Positions 24,876-37,194 of a DNA stretch of 62,730 nucleotides are shown piece after piece. The stretch lies in contig JAUZTB010000057.1 in assembly GCA_034780895.1 (NCBI GenBank), positions 19,820,113 through 19,882,842 on the forward strand. Direction: 5' to 3'. The DNA comes from Rhynchobatus australiae (taxonomy: Eukaryota). The translations under genes were made by a program, and so were the position numbers. Under the pieces are notes generated by a model, which did no database searches, was not told where the DNA came from, and was given only the letters and a program-made list of their open reading frames with translations. Position 1 is the stretch's first letter. Each line of letters begins with the position of its first letter.

Positions 24876-27800
24876 TCTATGTAATGAAAACAGCAAGTCA
24901 CCAAAAAAAAGTGCAAATAAAGTAACTCGTGTTATGGAAAAAGTAGATTAGTAAGATTTATGAAGGAGGTAAAACTTAGCAGAATATGACATTTCCCATT
25001 TCCCCATCTCATAAACCCGTCATTTTGGCAAAACCATTTAAAATACACAATCAATCTCAATCAAAAATCACTCATCTTTGATTATAATATTGTTCAAAAT
25101 TTGATTAGACTGATAAGGCAACCCTTTCTGAAAAGCAGGTGCTGAAGGATAAAAATGCAATTTCTACAAGGAAAATTATTTAACGATCAATATCTTAAGT
25201 ACCAATCTGATAAACAATGCAATTCGATCGAAATTAAAGTAATATCAAATCAAAATGGAACAAGATGCCAAACAGATGTAACCTGGTCAGCCTCTTTGCT
25301 GTCAGCCTGTTAGTAATATTGTTGCCATTCAATTGTTTGAAGTGCAATGCAGCAGAGCATAATATTGAATGAAACACCAGCTGTTTACTACAGTCAACAA
25401 AGCATTCTTCACTAGCAATAAAAACTACTGAACATCACATTAACCACTTCAAAGACTGAGCAAAGTAAACCGATTAAAAGATCTCTTAATGGAAACTACA
25501 CAGAAGTTCCCAGTTTGAAAGACCTGGATTATCAAGCATTATTCTATTGAAGTGAAGTGATATCACTATATTTAGGGTTGTCCAATTGATGCAGATTCGC
25601 AAATAGACATACGAAACAAAATCATGTAGACCCAAATCAACTAGCATGTCAGAAGCATTTATTTTAAAGTAAAATTGCCTATGTAGATATTTTGTGATGC
25701 TGCATTCATCTGCCATTGCAAACTGCTCAGCTTGAAGCAAGCACATTTTCACTTTCCCTCCACTAACCACAGATCCAAAATGAAACAATTTAAGGCATTA
25801 AAATAACTTGCTTCCTCTACTAATTGGAAATTGACTACAAAAATAATTACACATCTTGATCCAAGTAGCTTTCCTCCCCAAATGCTAGTTTTATAGTTTC
25901 TAAAGCAATAGCCAGATTACTTTAAATATACCAGAGTTTTTTGCCAGCTAATTGGTGCATTTTCAAAAAGACTATGTTCACTTTATTAATCCCTAGGGCC
26001 ACAAAACTGAACTCTTGTGTATAACTGATCAAATCATTCTCTAGATTTAGCTATCAGCTGTGCCCATTCTCATTAAGCAAATCCTATCATTCCTGGATCT
26101 TAGAATCACATACACAAGAAACCACTCAGCCCATCTTGCTTATGTAGTCTCTCTGAAAGAGCCAGCCAAATAGTTCCACATCCTTGATCATGCCCCTAAC
26201 CCTAAAAATTATTCCTTTTCAACGTCACATCCATTTCCTTTCTGGTTACTCCTGAATCTGCTCTGTATGCTTTCAGCCAATGCATTGTCTTTACAGACTA
26301 TCATGAACCATTTTCAGCTTTTCCAAAGTGTAAACAGCTTACAGATGCCTTCATCTGTTGGACTGAGACCAATCTATCTTTGTCACTAATTCACCTTTGT
26401 CCCTCAGTTTCCCTGCTCTAAACTTCCTCCTGGGTGTCACCCATTACACCTTTGATTCCTCATCACTCTGCACTTGTCCTAAATACCTGCTTCTGCCCTC
26501 AATCCACGTTACCAAGGTAATAGTTTGGATAGCTTTTATTACTCAAAAAGATGGTAAGACCTGACGTAATATGTTTGGAGATGATGGATAATGAAATGAC
26601 ACTTGAGAATTTTCATGACCGGTTATTTGCAGTAAAGGAGTGCAGAAAGACAAAAGCTAAGAAAATCTACTAAGTTTAGAAAATATACTTGCCTAGAAAT
26701 TCATTCCCAGTTGGCGCTAAGCTGAGTAGTATGCACTGCCACTACTATATAACATCACTGACTACAATAAACCATTAAACAATAGCCAAGGTTGAGTTTA
26801 ACTGTACTTTCACAATGGCAAAGTATGCCAGTTGAAATAAGACAAGCATGCACGCGGAACAAACCACCACAGCTAGGTCATATATCATCCTAACTTGAAA
26901 GTATANNNNNNNNNNNNNNNNNNNNNNNNNNNNNNNNNNNNNNNNNNNNNNNNNNNNNNNNNNNNNNNNNNNNNNNNNNNNNNNNNNNNNNNNNNNNNNN
27001 NNNNNGTCATATATCATCCTAACTTGAAAGTATACTGCTATTTCTTTATCACCATTAGGTTAAAATCCTGGATTGCCCCATGTTCACTGTGCAGAAGGTA
27101 GCAATTTAAAGCAGCAGCTTGCAATCACTTTCCCAAGAGCCCCTAGAGAAGATTGATAGGTGCTTAGCTTGCCAGCCATGGTATATCCCATAAATGAATA
27201 AATAAAAATAAGTGTTAAGTATTAGGGAATTGTCAAAGATGTGACATCTTTTAGTGGTTACAGAATAGGGGTAGCAAGTATTAATACAAACAAGATCTAA
27301 CCTGTCTTCAAAAATAAATCTGTTGAAATGTAAAGTCAAAGTAGTAATCAGTTTTGAAATTGAAAGGTGTCTACAAAGCACAGGCTGCTGGCCGACAGCA
27401 GGGGGCTGGCTGCTCAAGAGATGTGGTTTGCAAACTGACAGGACCATGAGCCGTTTTTGTCTGCACCAGCCGAACTTAAGACAATGAGGCTACATTAATT
27501 GGCCTACATCAAACAAGGCACCTATAGCTACGTTATCTTGTACCCTTCTTCCAGAGATCAAGGAGGGCAGCCAGACAAGACTACATTTAGTCACTTAGCA
27601 CATCAAACATGGTCACAGGCATATTTGCTCTTATCAATAATTGGGATATTTGTGTACTCAGAGAGAGTCAGCCCTCATAACAATAATTTTGGGCATCTGG
27701 TTCTCTGCCCTCAGAGGCTTTTAGACCATCCATGTGAATTACACAAGTCCCAGCAAAGGTGTTTGAACCTTCAGAGGTGTCTGGTCAGTTACAATGTGCT

Positions 27801-28274
27801 CCTACTGTAAATATGTACTTCAATGAAACCATTTGTCAGACACCAAATACTGAAGTAAATGATGTCATTGTAGTTATTGAAATTGTATTGTGTAACCCAC
27901 TGTTAGCATTGTTCTTAAGAGTATAAAAACTTAATGGATTTTGGGAGGCTTTGCTCACAGGGTCTTGAAGAGAATGTCTGCTCTTTGGTCTGCCCAAAAC
28001 TCATTGGCCTTCCAGGCAGTGAGATGTCTGTAAGGGAATGCTGCCGACTGGCACGTTCCAGGCTTAAAGAGTACATGCTGAGGGATGCACTGAAGCTTAG
28101 TGCAGCCAATGCTAAGGCTCTGTGGGGAAGGACCACAGTCTAGGATCCTTCTGCTATCACACATGGAAGGGCCGAGTTAGGTGGGGAAACTCCTCAAACA
28201 CTGAAATGGTGTATCACCCCAGGGGGCCACATGAGTAGCAATAGTGCTATGGTTTTAAAACAAACAAGTTAACA

Positions 28275-28424
28275 GAACTCTCTTCCTTTCCAGTCCTGGT
28301 GAAGGGTCCCAACCCGAAACGTCACTGTTTATTTCCCACCATAGATGCTGCCTGACCTGCTGAGTTCCTCCAGGATTTTGTGTGTCGCTCTAAATTTCAG
28401 CATCTGCAGAATCTCTTGCATCTC
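28275..28424 (+). mobile_element. Short Penelope-derived insert with TSD inside the Tx1 3' UTR
   Basis: Flanked by direct repeat AGTTAACA (28267-28274 and 28425-28432). Contains the hammerhead-like core and the gatgctgcctgacctgctgagttcctccag tail. Confidence 0.85.
28291..28327 (+). ncRNA. Minimal type-I hammerhead-ribozyme-like motif (one core substitution)
   Basis: cagt-c-CTGGTGA-a-GGGT-ccca-ACCC-GAAAC-GTC-actg: stem I cagt/actg, stem II GGGT/ACCC, GAAA box and GTC triplet. The CUGANGA box reads CTGGTGA. Confidence 0.65.
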
Positions 28425-29059
28425 AGTTAACACAATCGAATGTATTGACCATGACTATAAAAATTTTGCACTGTTTCTTATTTTGTACATATTTTTAAAA
28501 TGATAAATAAAGTTTATTTTCAAAATAAAAAAAAGCTTGCTGTGATAAATTAAGACTTTCATATCCACCAGTTCCTCCAGTGACTTAGTCATAGTCACAA
28601 CACTAAGAAAAAGGAATAGGAGCTTTCTGTTGCGTCGGCATCTTACATGTTGGTAAATGCAAGATGTCCAACACGAGAGAAATCACTGCTGGTTCTGGGA
28701 AACACCACAGCAGCTAAGCAAAGGGAAATATATAGGCAGTAGGGATCATAACACAACATTGAAAGAAAGCATGAATAAAGCAAAGGTAAACAACAGAATC
28801 AAAAAGGCTAATTTTGAGAGATGACGAGGAACTGGGGAAGGTAGATTAAGAAAGAAATAACAAAGACTGAACTGCAGTAGAAAATAAAAGATCATTATTA
28901 GAGCTCAGGAGAAATGTGTTCTATTGAAAACCAAGATAATTAATAAAAGAAAAATAATGGATAAACAAGAGAAAAAGAACAACTGAAACTGAAGAAAAAA
29001 ACATGCATCCAGTATGAATAAAAGGGAGGTGGGCACAATGGACCAATATGGCATTTAAA

Positions 29060-29450
29060 AAAAAGTCAAAACACAATTAGAAGAGTATAGAGAGACCACA
29101 GAATTAAAATTATAATGGAATATAAAAAGAATGTCTTGCTTCCAACAGTCACACATGTAACAAACTAAAAATCATGCTAAGAACACAGCCATCAAAAGGA
29201 TGTACAACTGGATGCTCACCGGAGTGAAATAGGAGAAATATTGATTAATTACTTTGTCCCAGTTATTAAATAGGGTGATGAAGGTAGTCGGGATAGAATG
29301 AGGAGTCAAACAAATACAAAGATATTTAAGATCAAACAGAAAAGATAATTGATAAACTGAGCAAACTTAGAGGGAAAAAAATCACTTATCTGGATGGATG
29401 GTATCATTTCACATTAAAAGTTAGGGAAAAAAAGCAGAGGTATTATACGT
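29060..29450 (+). mobile_element. Highly decayed CR1 ORF2 fragment (linker region)
   Basis: gaaataggagaaatattgattaattactttgtcccag...aaatcacttatctggatggatgg...attaaaag (LNxYFxS / KSPGPDG-like region). Confidence 0.5.
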
Positions 29451-29459
29451 TCTTAATTC

Positions 29460-30690
29460 ATTTATGGGATTCATTGTCAAGGGCCACTTTCACCACACAT
29501 CCCTAACTGTACTCGAGAAGGTGGTTATGAGCCACATACTTGAGCTGCTACAATCTGTATGGTAAAGCTACTCCACATTGGGAAGAGTTCCTGTAATAAA
29601 GCCATGTGACCAAGAATGGTAAGTAGCTGCAGTACATTTTATGGATGGGACATGTGATGGTTACTGGTGGAGGATGAGGTGAATGCGTACCTGTCAAGCA
29701 GAATCCTTTGCCCTGGACGGTGTTGATATTCTTGTGTTTTTAGAGCTGCGCTCATCTAGTTGAGGAAATATTTCATCACACTTCTGATTTGCGCCTTGTA
29801 GATGGTAGAAAAATATTGCAAGTTGGCTACTTCTCCAGGCAATTACTACAGCAATGTTTTGGGCTGAGATAATTGACCTCCAGCAACAGAACTCTCTTCC
29901 TATACATTTGGAAATCAGTTTTTTTCCCCCCAAGCTTTGGACCAAAACCTAAAGAGGTCTGGAGCTATGTGGTCCTGACAGGATCTAAACTAATCTTCAG
30001 TAAACATATTACTGAAGAATCAAAAGATGAATATGTGCTTTAAGGCACTATCAATGACAGCTTCGGTTATTTTGCAGAAGAGTATTTTAGGGAGGCAATT
30101 GGCCAGATCATATTCTTCTTACTTTCGCAGAAGATACACCTGAGCAATTTTCTGCATTACTGGATAGATGGCAGTGTTGTAGTTGTACTGAAACAGCTCA
30201 GCTGCAGGTGCTCTTTGTTCAGGAACATTAATATTCCCTACCATAACCGAATGTTGTCAGACCCACAGCCTTTCTGCATTCCATGCTCTCAGCTGTTTCT
30301 TGATACCATGAGGAGTGAAATCACATGGCTGAAGCTCAGAAGGACTACTTGTGGCAGAAAATGGTTGCAAATGCCCCTCTGCCCCTCTCTGGCCCTTGGC
30401 TCTCCTCCCATCAGCTAGTTTCATGGCTGTCACTGCCATTCATAACAGATGAGGCAATCCTGTGCTGTAGTTTCTCCAGAATGGCACCTCATTTTTAGGT
30501 TCCATTCATGGCATCAATACTCCTCACTGAACCAAAGCTGGTTGAATGGTGGGATAAAACTCTGGGGCACTGATGACCCACAGCACATCCAAGATGCCCA
30601 CATTTTAGATTTGCTTTGTACCTATGTCATTTACCTCAGGGCCATCTGCAGAGTGTAAATAGCCCCAAGGCGAATGGCATAAATGAAAAG
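29460..30690 (-). mobile_element. Decayed L2/CR1-superfamily LINE
   Basis: Its start is the reverse complement of the tail seen at 47330-47520 and in the SINE at 11340-11410 (catccctaactgtactcgagaaggtggttatgagcc). Confidence 0.6.
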
Positions 30691-31970
30691 AACTGTGTGG
30701 TGGAATAATTTAAGAGGACCAGAAAACTACTAATACTTATCCCTACATTTTAAAATTGCAATAGGTACAGCTGATGGATCTAGGATAGATTAACACTGAA
30801 GAAAGATTCCTTATCTGTTTTGTCACCAAAGATTTAATTATCTGGAAAAATATTGAGCAATTGAAAAGATAAAGCACAGCAAGTACATATTACAAAAAGG
30901 AAAGGTTATGACTGATCAACTCTATTGATGTAGCAGAAAGAGAAGACAAAGATAAAGCAATGAATCAAGAAAATCAAAAGGCCTTTGATGGTGTACAGCA
31001 TAGTAGATCCATGACGAAGGTCAGAGCTCATCAGCAAACAAGTAGCAGAACAGAGTGCAAGCTGACTGCAAAATCAGAAACAGAGTATGGATTAGGCTTA
31101 TTTAGATAGGCTGGCAAAGAGAGGAAAGTAGTGTTCTGTAGGGATCAATGCTGGTTCCTTGGGATTTGAAAGTGCAACTTTAGTATCAGCAGGTAACACA
31201 AAATTGAGAACGGAAGAAGAGGGAGGGTGGGTGGGTTTGGTTTTCACTAAGGAAAATATAAAGGTGCTGAATGAATGGGCAAGAACAGAGGAGCATCAAT
31301 TTAATGTAGGAAAAATGTAAGGTAACACAGACTGGTGCACAAAATAGAAAAGCTAGGGTGTTTTAAATGGAGAGAGATTGGACAATATTGATGTCTTAGG
31401 AGTCTTTGCACACAAGTCACTGAAGGTCAAAATATGTGCAATAAACAATCAGAAAAGGAAATGGCGTATTGTTTTTTTTTATTACAAGAGAATATGTTTC
31501 CGTACTGTACAACACTTTGGGGCCTTGGTAGCACTGCACCTGAAATATTGTATACAGCTTTGGTCTCCATAACTAAAAAGAGAAACTTGCTATAGACGGA
31601 GTGCAACAAAAGGTTCATCAGAATGCTTCCAGTGATAATGGTTTGCTGTATAAACAGAGGATGGGTAGACTAGATCTCTATTCTTTAGAGTTTAGACAAG
31701 AGAAGATCTCATTGAAACTTACAAAATTCTTAGAGGGGTCACAGGCTGGATGGAAGGAGAATATTTCCCCTGGCTGAGAAGTCCAGAACCAAGGATTATA
31801 GTCTCAGAATAAAGGGTAAGCCATTTAGGACAGAGAATAAGAGACTATTCTTTCCCCTCCAGAGAGAGTGGTGAATTATCTATCCTAGAGATCTGTAGAT
31901 GCTCAGATACTGTTCATTCAAAACTGCAGTCAACAGATTTCAGGATATTACAGGGATTAAGGGATATTGG
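30690..31970 (+). mobile_element. Decayed CR1 LINE ORF2 3' half
   Basis: aaaggcctttgatggtgtacagcat (KAFD.V.H), ctgcacctgaaatattgtatacagctttggtctcca (HLxYCIQLWSP), gatctcattgaaacttacaaaattctt. Confidence 0.8.
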
Positions 31971-32214
31971 ACTCCTTATCTCTCTTGGGTCAGTTTTCTA
32001 GTGAAAAGAGCCATAATCATTCGAAGCAAGTATATCCCTACAGTTCCAGTGGCATCTTGGTGGTCTTTTATTTCCACATTTTCTCCATGCCTCTGAAATT
32101 TGACCCAATAAGTTTTTAACATAATGAACGGATTTGGTAGGACAGACATGAAGAAATGTTTCCATTGCCACAGGAGTCCAAACCAGAAATCATAAACACA
32201 AGACAGCCACAGAA

Positions 32215-33660
32215 TCATGAAGGAGGCCAGTCACTCTACCAGAGCAACTCACTACTTCCACCCACTGACCTTCTCTTCATAACCTTGCAAATTTTCATCA
32301 ACATATGTTTATCCACTTCCCTCCTGACAGCTACAATGGAACCTGTCTCCACTATNNNNNNNNNNNNNNNNNNNNNNNNNNNNNNNNNNNNNNNNNNNNN
32401 NNNNNNNNNNNNNNNNNNNNNNNNNNNNNNNNNNNNNNNNNNNNNNNNNNNNNNNTGGAACCTGTCTCCACTATATCTGCAGTGCATTTCACACAATAGG
32501 TAAGAAAGTTTTTTTCCCCATGTCACTTTTAATTCTCTTCTCCTTTATTTTATAGCCACCTTGTCTATGATCATCCGCCAAAGGGAACAGCCACCTACTA
32601 TCCACTCTGTCCAGACTCCATATCATTCTGTATGCGTCTATTAAATTTCCTCTCAGCCTTCTCTTCACTTACGAAAACAAACTCAGTCTCTCTAATCTAT
32701 CCTTGCGACAACTGTCACTCATCCAAGGAACCGTTCTCACAAATCTGTTCAGGGCCCTAAAAATGCCTTCACATCCTTCCTCATAAAGTGGTGACCAGAG
32801 CTGAACAAGACAGTTAAGGCTGGAGTTGAGCAGTATTTCCACTCTCTCAACTTGCCCTGTTACTGTCAATGATTTGTGCACATATACGCCCTGACCCTCT
32901 GCTTCAGAACCCCTTTTCAAACAATATTATTTATTCTATTAGACCTCTTCTTATTCTTCCTACCAAAAAGGCATCCCTTCACATGTCTCTGCATCAAATT
33001 TGACAGCCATGAATTAGCCCACTCCATCAACCTGTTTGTACCCTGCTACAGTCTATCACAACTCTCCTTGTGGTTCACAATACCACCATATCCATGTCAT
33101 CTGCAGATTTAAAACTTGTAGCTTGTCGAGGTCATTAATATGGATCAAAAAAGGGCAAAGGTCCCAATACTGACCCCAGGGGAAAGTCATTAACCTTCCT
33201 CCTGTCCAAAAATAACCACACTGTATGTAAACCTCTGTTGTCTGTTACTTCACCAGCTTTGGATCCATGCTATCAATGCCCCTTTTATGCCACGTGATGA
33301 CAAGCCTACTATATGGCACCTTATCAAAAGCCTCTGGAAATTTATGCACACCACATTGATTGCATTTTCTCTCATAAGCTCATCAAAATTTCTATTGAGT
33401 TCATTACACACAATTTGCCCTCAATCAATCAACTGGTGACCATTAATGTCATCCTGCAACAATATTTCTTACAGCTTTCTCACCATCGAGGTGTAACTGT
33501 TGGGCTTAACCTAACTCCCTTTTTGAACAAGGGAGTAAAATTTGTCATTTTCCAGTCCTCTGGCCCACCCCACAGTATCCAAAAAGCATGAAAGATTATG
33601 GTCAGTGCCACCAACATTTCTTCCATAATTCCCTTAAAATCCTAGAACACACCCTATCTC
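32215..33660 (-). mobile_element. Decayed CR1 LINE
   Basis: Minus-strand CLVQLWSPLYE (ORF 32669-32920). ggcaccttatcaaaagcctctggaaat is the reverse complement of FQRLLIRC/DFxKAFDKVP. Confidence 0.8.
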
Positions 33661-35541
33661 ATCCTGTTTGCTAAATGAGATGAAATTTTCCTGCAAACAG
33701 TGATGAAAATGTTGAACACACAAGCACAAGTAGTATTTGAGGCAAAGGGCTTAGATGTATTAACAGAGACTAGATATGCATACAAGGGGAAAAGGGATTA
33801 AATAACATGTTGATAAGATTATCCAATGTAGTGGTAGAGGCTCAAATGGAGTTGTAGACTAGTAAAAGCTATAAGATGTTTAAAATAAAGGAATTTACTA
33901 AGTAGAGAAAAAACAATTTTCCCTGATAAAGGAATCCAGAACAAGGTGAAGGATATGGAACTTGTCCCACCATAGCTCAGTGTACATTCTTTTGGGCCTA
34001 ACACTTGCTTGATGGAGATAGATTGTCCTCCAGTGTCAACCGCCTCTGTTAGATTTTAACCATTTCTTTATGGAAGTCCCAAAGTTCAGCATTGTACTGG
34101 TTCAAATTAGCAGCAGCATCTTCTTTCATGCTGCTATCCTTCTGCCTGCTGCTGCACTGTGCCTATGGACTGCAATCCCACCTCTCAGACTGAAAAATCT
34201 GCCTGCTGAGCAGGTGCCATGTTCTGTGGCTGTATTGAAATGAATGAGAAAAAAATAGCTGCTGAAAGAACAGCAAGAAGACCTTTTCATTTTATTTAAT
34301 TCAATTCATCCATTTGTCTTTCTTCTTTTAGGTAATCCCTCAGATGACATACTTCCACACCAGTTCTAAGGAGTGGAAGATACCCGTGTGTAAACTCTTT
34401 CACGTGGGGTGGCTATTGTACATATTTAACCTTTTTTTTAAAAAAAGGTGTACATGAGTGTTACTTCATATTTTAATATTTTTAAATTAATTTTTATAGT
34501 ACTATTACTACTACTTTACTAGTACAACCATTCTAATGAGCCTCTATTTTAATACTTATAGGAATTTTAACCTCAAACTGGACTGCAATCAATTGGTTTT
34601 GGGGAGTTGAAATCCAGCTCAATTTACCTGTAACTTGCAGTTTGGTTCATTGAAAGTTACTCTCATCTGGGTTTCTTTGATTGATAAATACCTCACACAG
34701 TAGCCTAACTATTAACATGTGTTTCATAACATTAGCACATTGGCTGTCAAACAAGACACCTGGAAACCATCAAATTCAAGTAATAAAAAGTTGTTAAAAC
34801 AAACCTGTAAAGAAGTAGGTCTTTGCCAATCACCTCAAACCTGAGAAATGACTGACATATTCGAGAACAATGTAACAATCCTAAAGTGAAACAACTCTTT
34901 AATAAATTATACATATCCTGCCCAGCAATCTGTTCCTGCCATTCTGGCCATGCTTTAGTGTTGTTTTCCTCTCTCCATTGGTCAGTGCTAATGACGTACT
35001 AAACTGGTGCAAAGCAGCTTTACTGTAATTTCCTAGTTCAAATCTACTGCAACAATAGAGAACAGAATTGCAAACCTAATGATCGCAGTCAACAATAGAA
35101 AATAGCTTTGCTATCATAAAACACCAGACAATATGGAATAAGAAATTAATTATTATATAATTATGATAACACCAATCAGAACGTCTAGTCTCTAATATAT
35201 TTACTGATTAATATGAGCAAGTACTTGCACTGACATTCTCAGTAGTGGCATCTAACCATTTTAAGAATTGGCTGCAGCATATGAAGAGCTAACTCTGTGG
35301 CCAGAATTCCTATATTAAATATGCCCTCTGATGACAAGCAAGGGAGGAATCCTATGATATCATTGTATATCCTCTAAAGAAATTCACTTCGAACAAAGTA
35401 TAAATACCAAAGCTTTAGCAAATAAAGGAAGGCCATCGATAGATTGAAAACTAAAATAAAACACTTTAAAAAATTAATTCAACAGTGCCACAAAATGCAG
35501 TGAGTTTTACACAAAAAGGCATATGTAAACAATTACTTTAC

Positions 35542-36208
35542 CTTTGCTTTGCGTTCTTTCCTCTCCCACCATTCATCAAAAGTCCTAAATGCCACCATCT
35601 CAACCATTTTGCGGTTTAAGTCGCGCTTCATTATGTTCTTCAGTTCCTTCATGACCACCAACAAGACTCCATCAATGGTGGCTTTGTGAGGATCCTCTTT
35701 CTTGAGTTCATACCCAGGAGGTGGGACCGTGGGATCAAACTTTGGCAACGGAGTCCATGGCAGACCATGAGCAAGACTTGAATTCATCAGATATGGGCGG
35801 TACGGTTGCATATTTCCAAACTGCACATTCATTCCACCAGCCATGAAAGGTGGGTAAGGAGATGGCCCTTGACCTTGCATCATTCGGCTCAACATCTGAG
35901 TCTGCATTTGAAATGACATTTGCATGCTTCCCCACTGGTTGCCTATACAGTTCATTAGGTCCATGGACATCATTGGATACATGTTGGGAGGGAAAGGATG
36001 AAGGTGAGGAAGCAGGGGAGGGGGAGGAGGTGGGGGAGGCGGGGGAGGTGGTGGTGGTGGAGGTGGTGGAGGGGGCACTCCAGGAGGGCACAAGTCTGGC
36101 CGAGCTGGAAGTGGAGGGGGTGGAACAGAAACAGTGGGATGTGTTGGAGGTGGGGGAGGGGGAGGTAGAGGCGGGGGCAATGGAAATCCTGTTTGTGGAG
36201 GTGGGGGT
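35542..36208 (-). CDS. SETD1B: SETD1B (histone H3K4 methyltransferase) proline-rich internal exon, 3' part
   Basis: Translation [17 protein letters not shown]...[24 protein letters not shown]...[70 protein letters not shown] matches vertebrate SETD1B as I recall it ([37 protein letters not shown]) better than SETD1A. It ends at the phase-0 donor AAG|gtaaag (35542|35541). The 5' side runs into the N-gap at 36209-36308. Confidence 0.95.
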
Positions 36209-36488
36209 NNNNNNNNNNNNNNNNNNNNNNNNNNNNNNNNNNNNNNNNNNNNNNNNNNNNNNNNNNNNNNNNNNNNNNNNNNNNNNNNNNNNNNNNNNNN
36301 NNNNNNNNGTTCCTGCTCCTCTCCCTCCGGCACCCATCTCCCACCTTCGCCCTCCCCTCCTCGCTCCATCTGCCTCCCATTTTCACCTTAATATTCTTTG
36401 TTCAGCCTCCATCTCTCATTCACCTGCCGCCGTCTCCCCACTCCACTCGCCCCCTCCCCTACCGGGCACCACCTGCCCGTCACCTATG

Positions 36489-37035
36489 TGTTGTGAAATC
36501 GATCGTCCCGGTCTTAAGGACAGAGAATTCTGGTCACGAGCTTTGTGGACCAAAGCTAGTTTAATCACAAAGGCAAACGCAGGGACAGAGTGGATGGGAA
36601 CAGGCACACGCTCACTCACACGCGAGATACCACGGACACGAGAGGGAATTCGCAACTGGGGTAACATTCACTCACACACACACACACTGATACTAACAAG
36701 CACACAATAACAATGTACAACTTCAGGATATAACACCTCAGTGCCTGGCCCACCCCAGCATTGGCTCTCAGACTGCCCGGAGTCTGAGCGGAACGCTCCC
36801 TGACCATGTGGTGATGCACTCTAACCAGTGATCTCTGCAGCGTTGTCTCACTACTCCTGGGGTCATCAAAAGAGAGTGAGCTGAGGGTCTCAGCCCTGTT
36901 TATGGTGCTGGGAGGCAAGGTGGACCCTCCCTGTTATGATCTGAACGAACCAATCGTGTGAGGGTCAAAGACAAAGGTTCCTGCAGAGTGGTCAGGCAGG
37001 TTCAGAGGCAAAGGGTACTGGTCAGGCAAGTCCAC
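36489..37035 (-). mobile_element. LTR-like sequence (partial) lying inside the SETD1B exon
   Basis: GC/CpG-rich block starting TGTTGTG on + (a CA terminus on -). On the - strand the order is ATTGG (36950-36954), TATA-like CATAAA (~36899-36904), then ATTAAA (36560-36565), which is the U3-R-U5 order of an LTR. The opposite terminus and a TSD were not found. Confidence 0.5.
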
Positions 37036-37194
37036 CTGAGGGGGGGGGCGTGGGTGGAATCCTGGTGGTGGTATAGGTATGGCAGAAGCCGAGGAGCTGA
37101 CCACTATAGTTTCTGAGCATTCTGCACTGGTTATTGGACTTGTATTTGTTTCATCGTCTGATATCTCCATGTCTTCCCCTGATGACTGGTGGGC
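37036..37194 (-). CDS. SETD1B: SETD1B proline-rich internal exon, 5' part
   Basis: Acceptor tttctgtcttgttttaacag|GCC at 37194, phase 0. Translation [46 protein letters not shown] matches SETD1B ([12 protein letters not shown]...PITSADC...PPPPGF). The 3' limit is uncertain (about 37036-37058) because similarity ends in a poly-C run. Confidence 0.9.

Larger units (their letters stand above)
27975..28534 (+). mobile_element. Tx1-clade non-LTR retrotransposon 3' end
   Basis: ALWSAQNSLAFQ then (frameshift) EMSVRECCRLARSRLKEYMLRDALKLSAANAKALWGRTTV* (stop 28141-28143). The 3' UTR ends aataaagtttattttcaaaataaaaaaaa. Confidence 0.75.
1..35541 (-). other. SETD1B: SETD1B intron downstream of the Pro-rich exon (at least 35 kb if no exon is hidden in gaps)
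   Basis: GT donor at 35541. The next expected exon (ASLTPVKS...IRLPSFK-like) was not found in the ORF track or by eye. The region is repeat-rich. Confidence 0.65.

Noticed and set aside
34429-34449. Palindrome acc-T-run/A-run-ggt
   Set aside because: TnAn low-complexity motifs recur throughout the window; not informative.
35735-36710. Long overlapping ORFs (286 aa on +, 200 aa and 138 aa on -)
   Set aside because: Shadow frames of the low-complexity Pro-rich SETD1B exon, extended through N runs; no independent coding signal.
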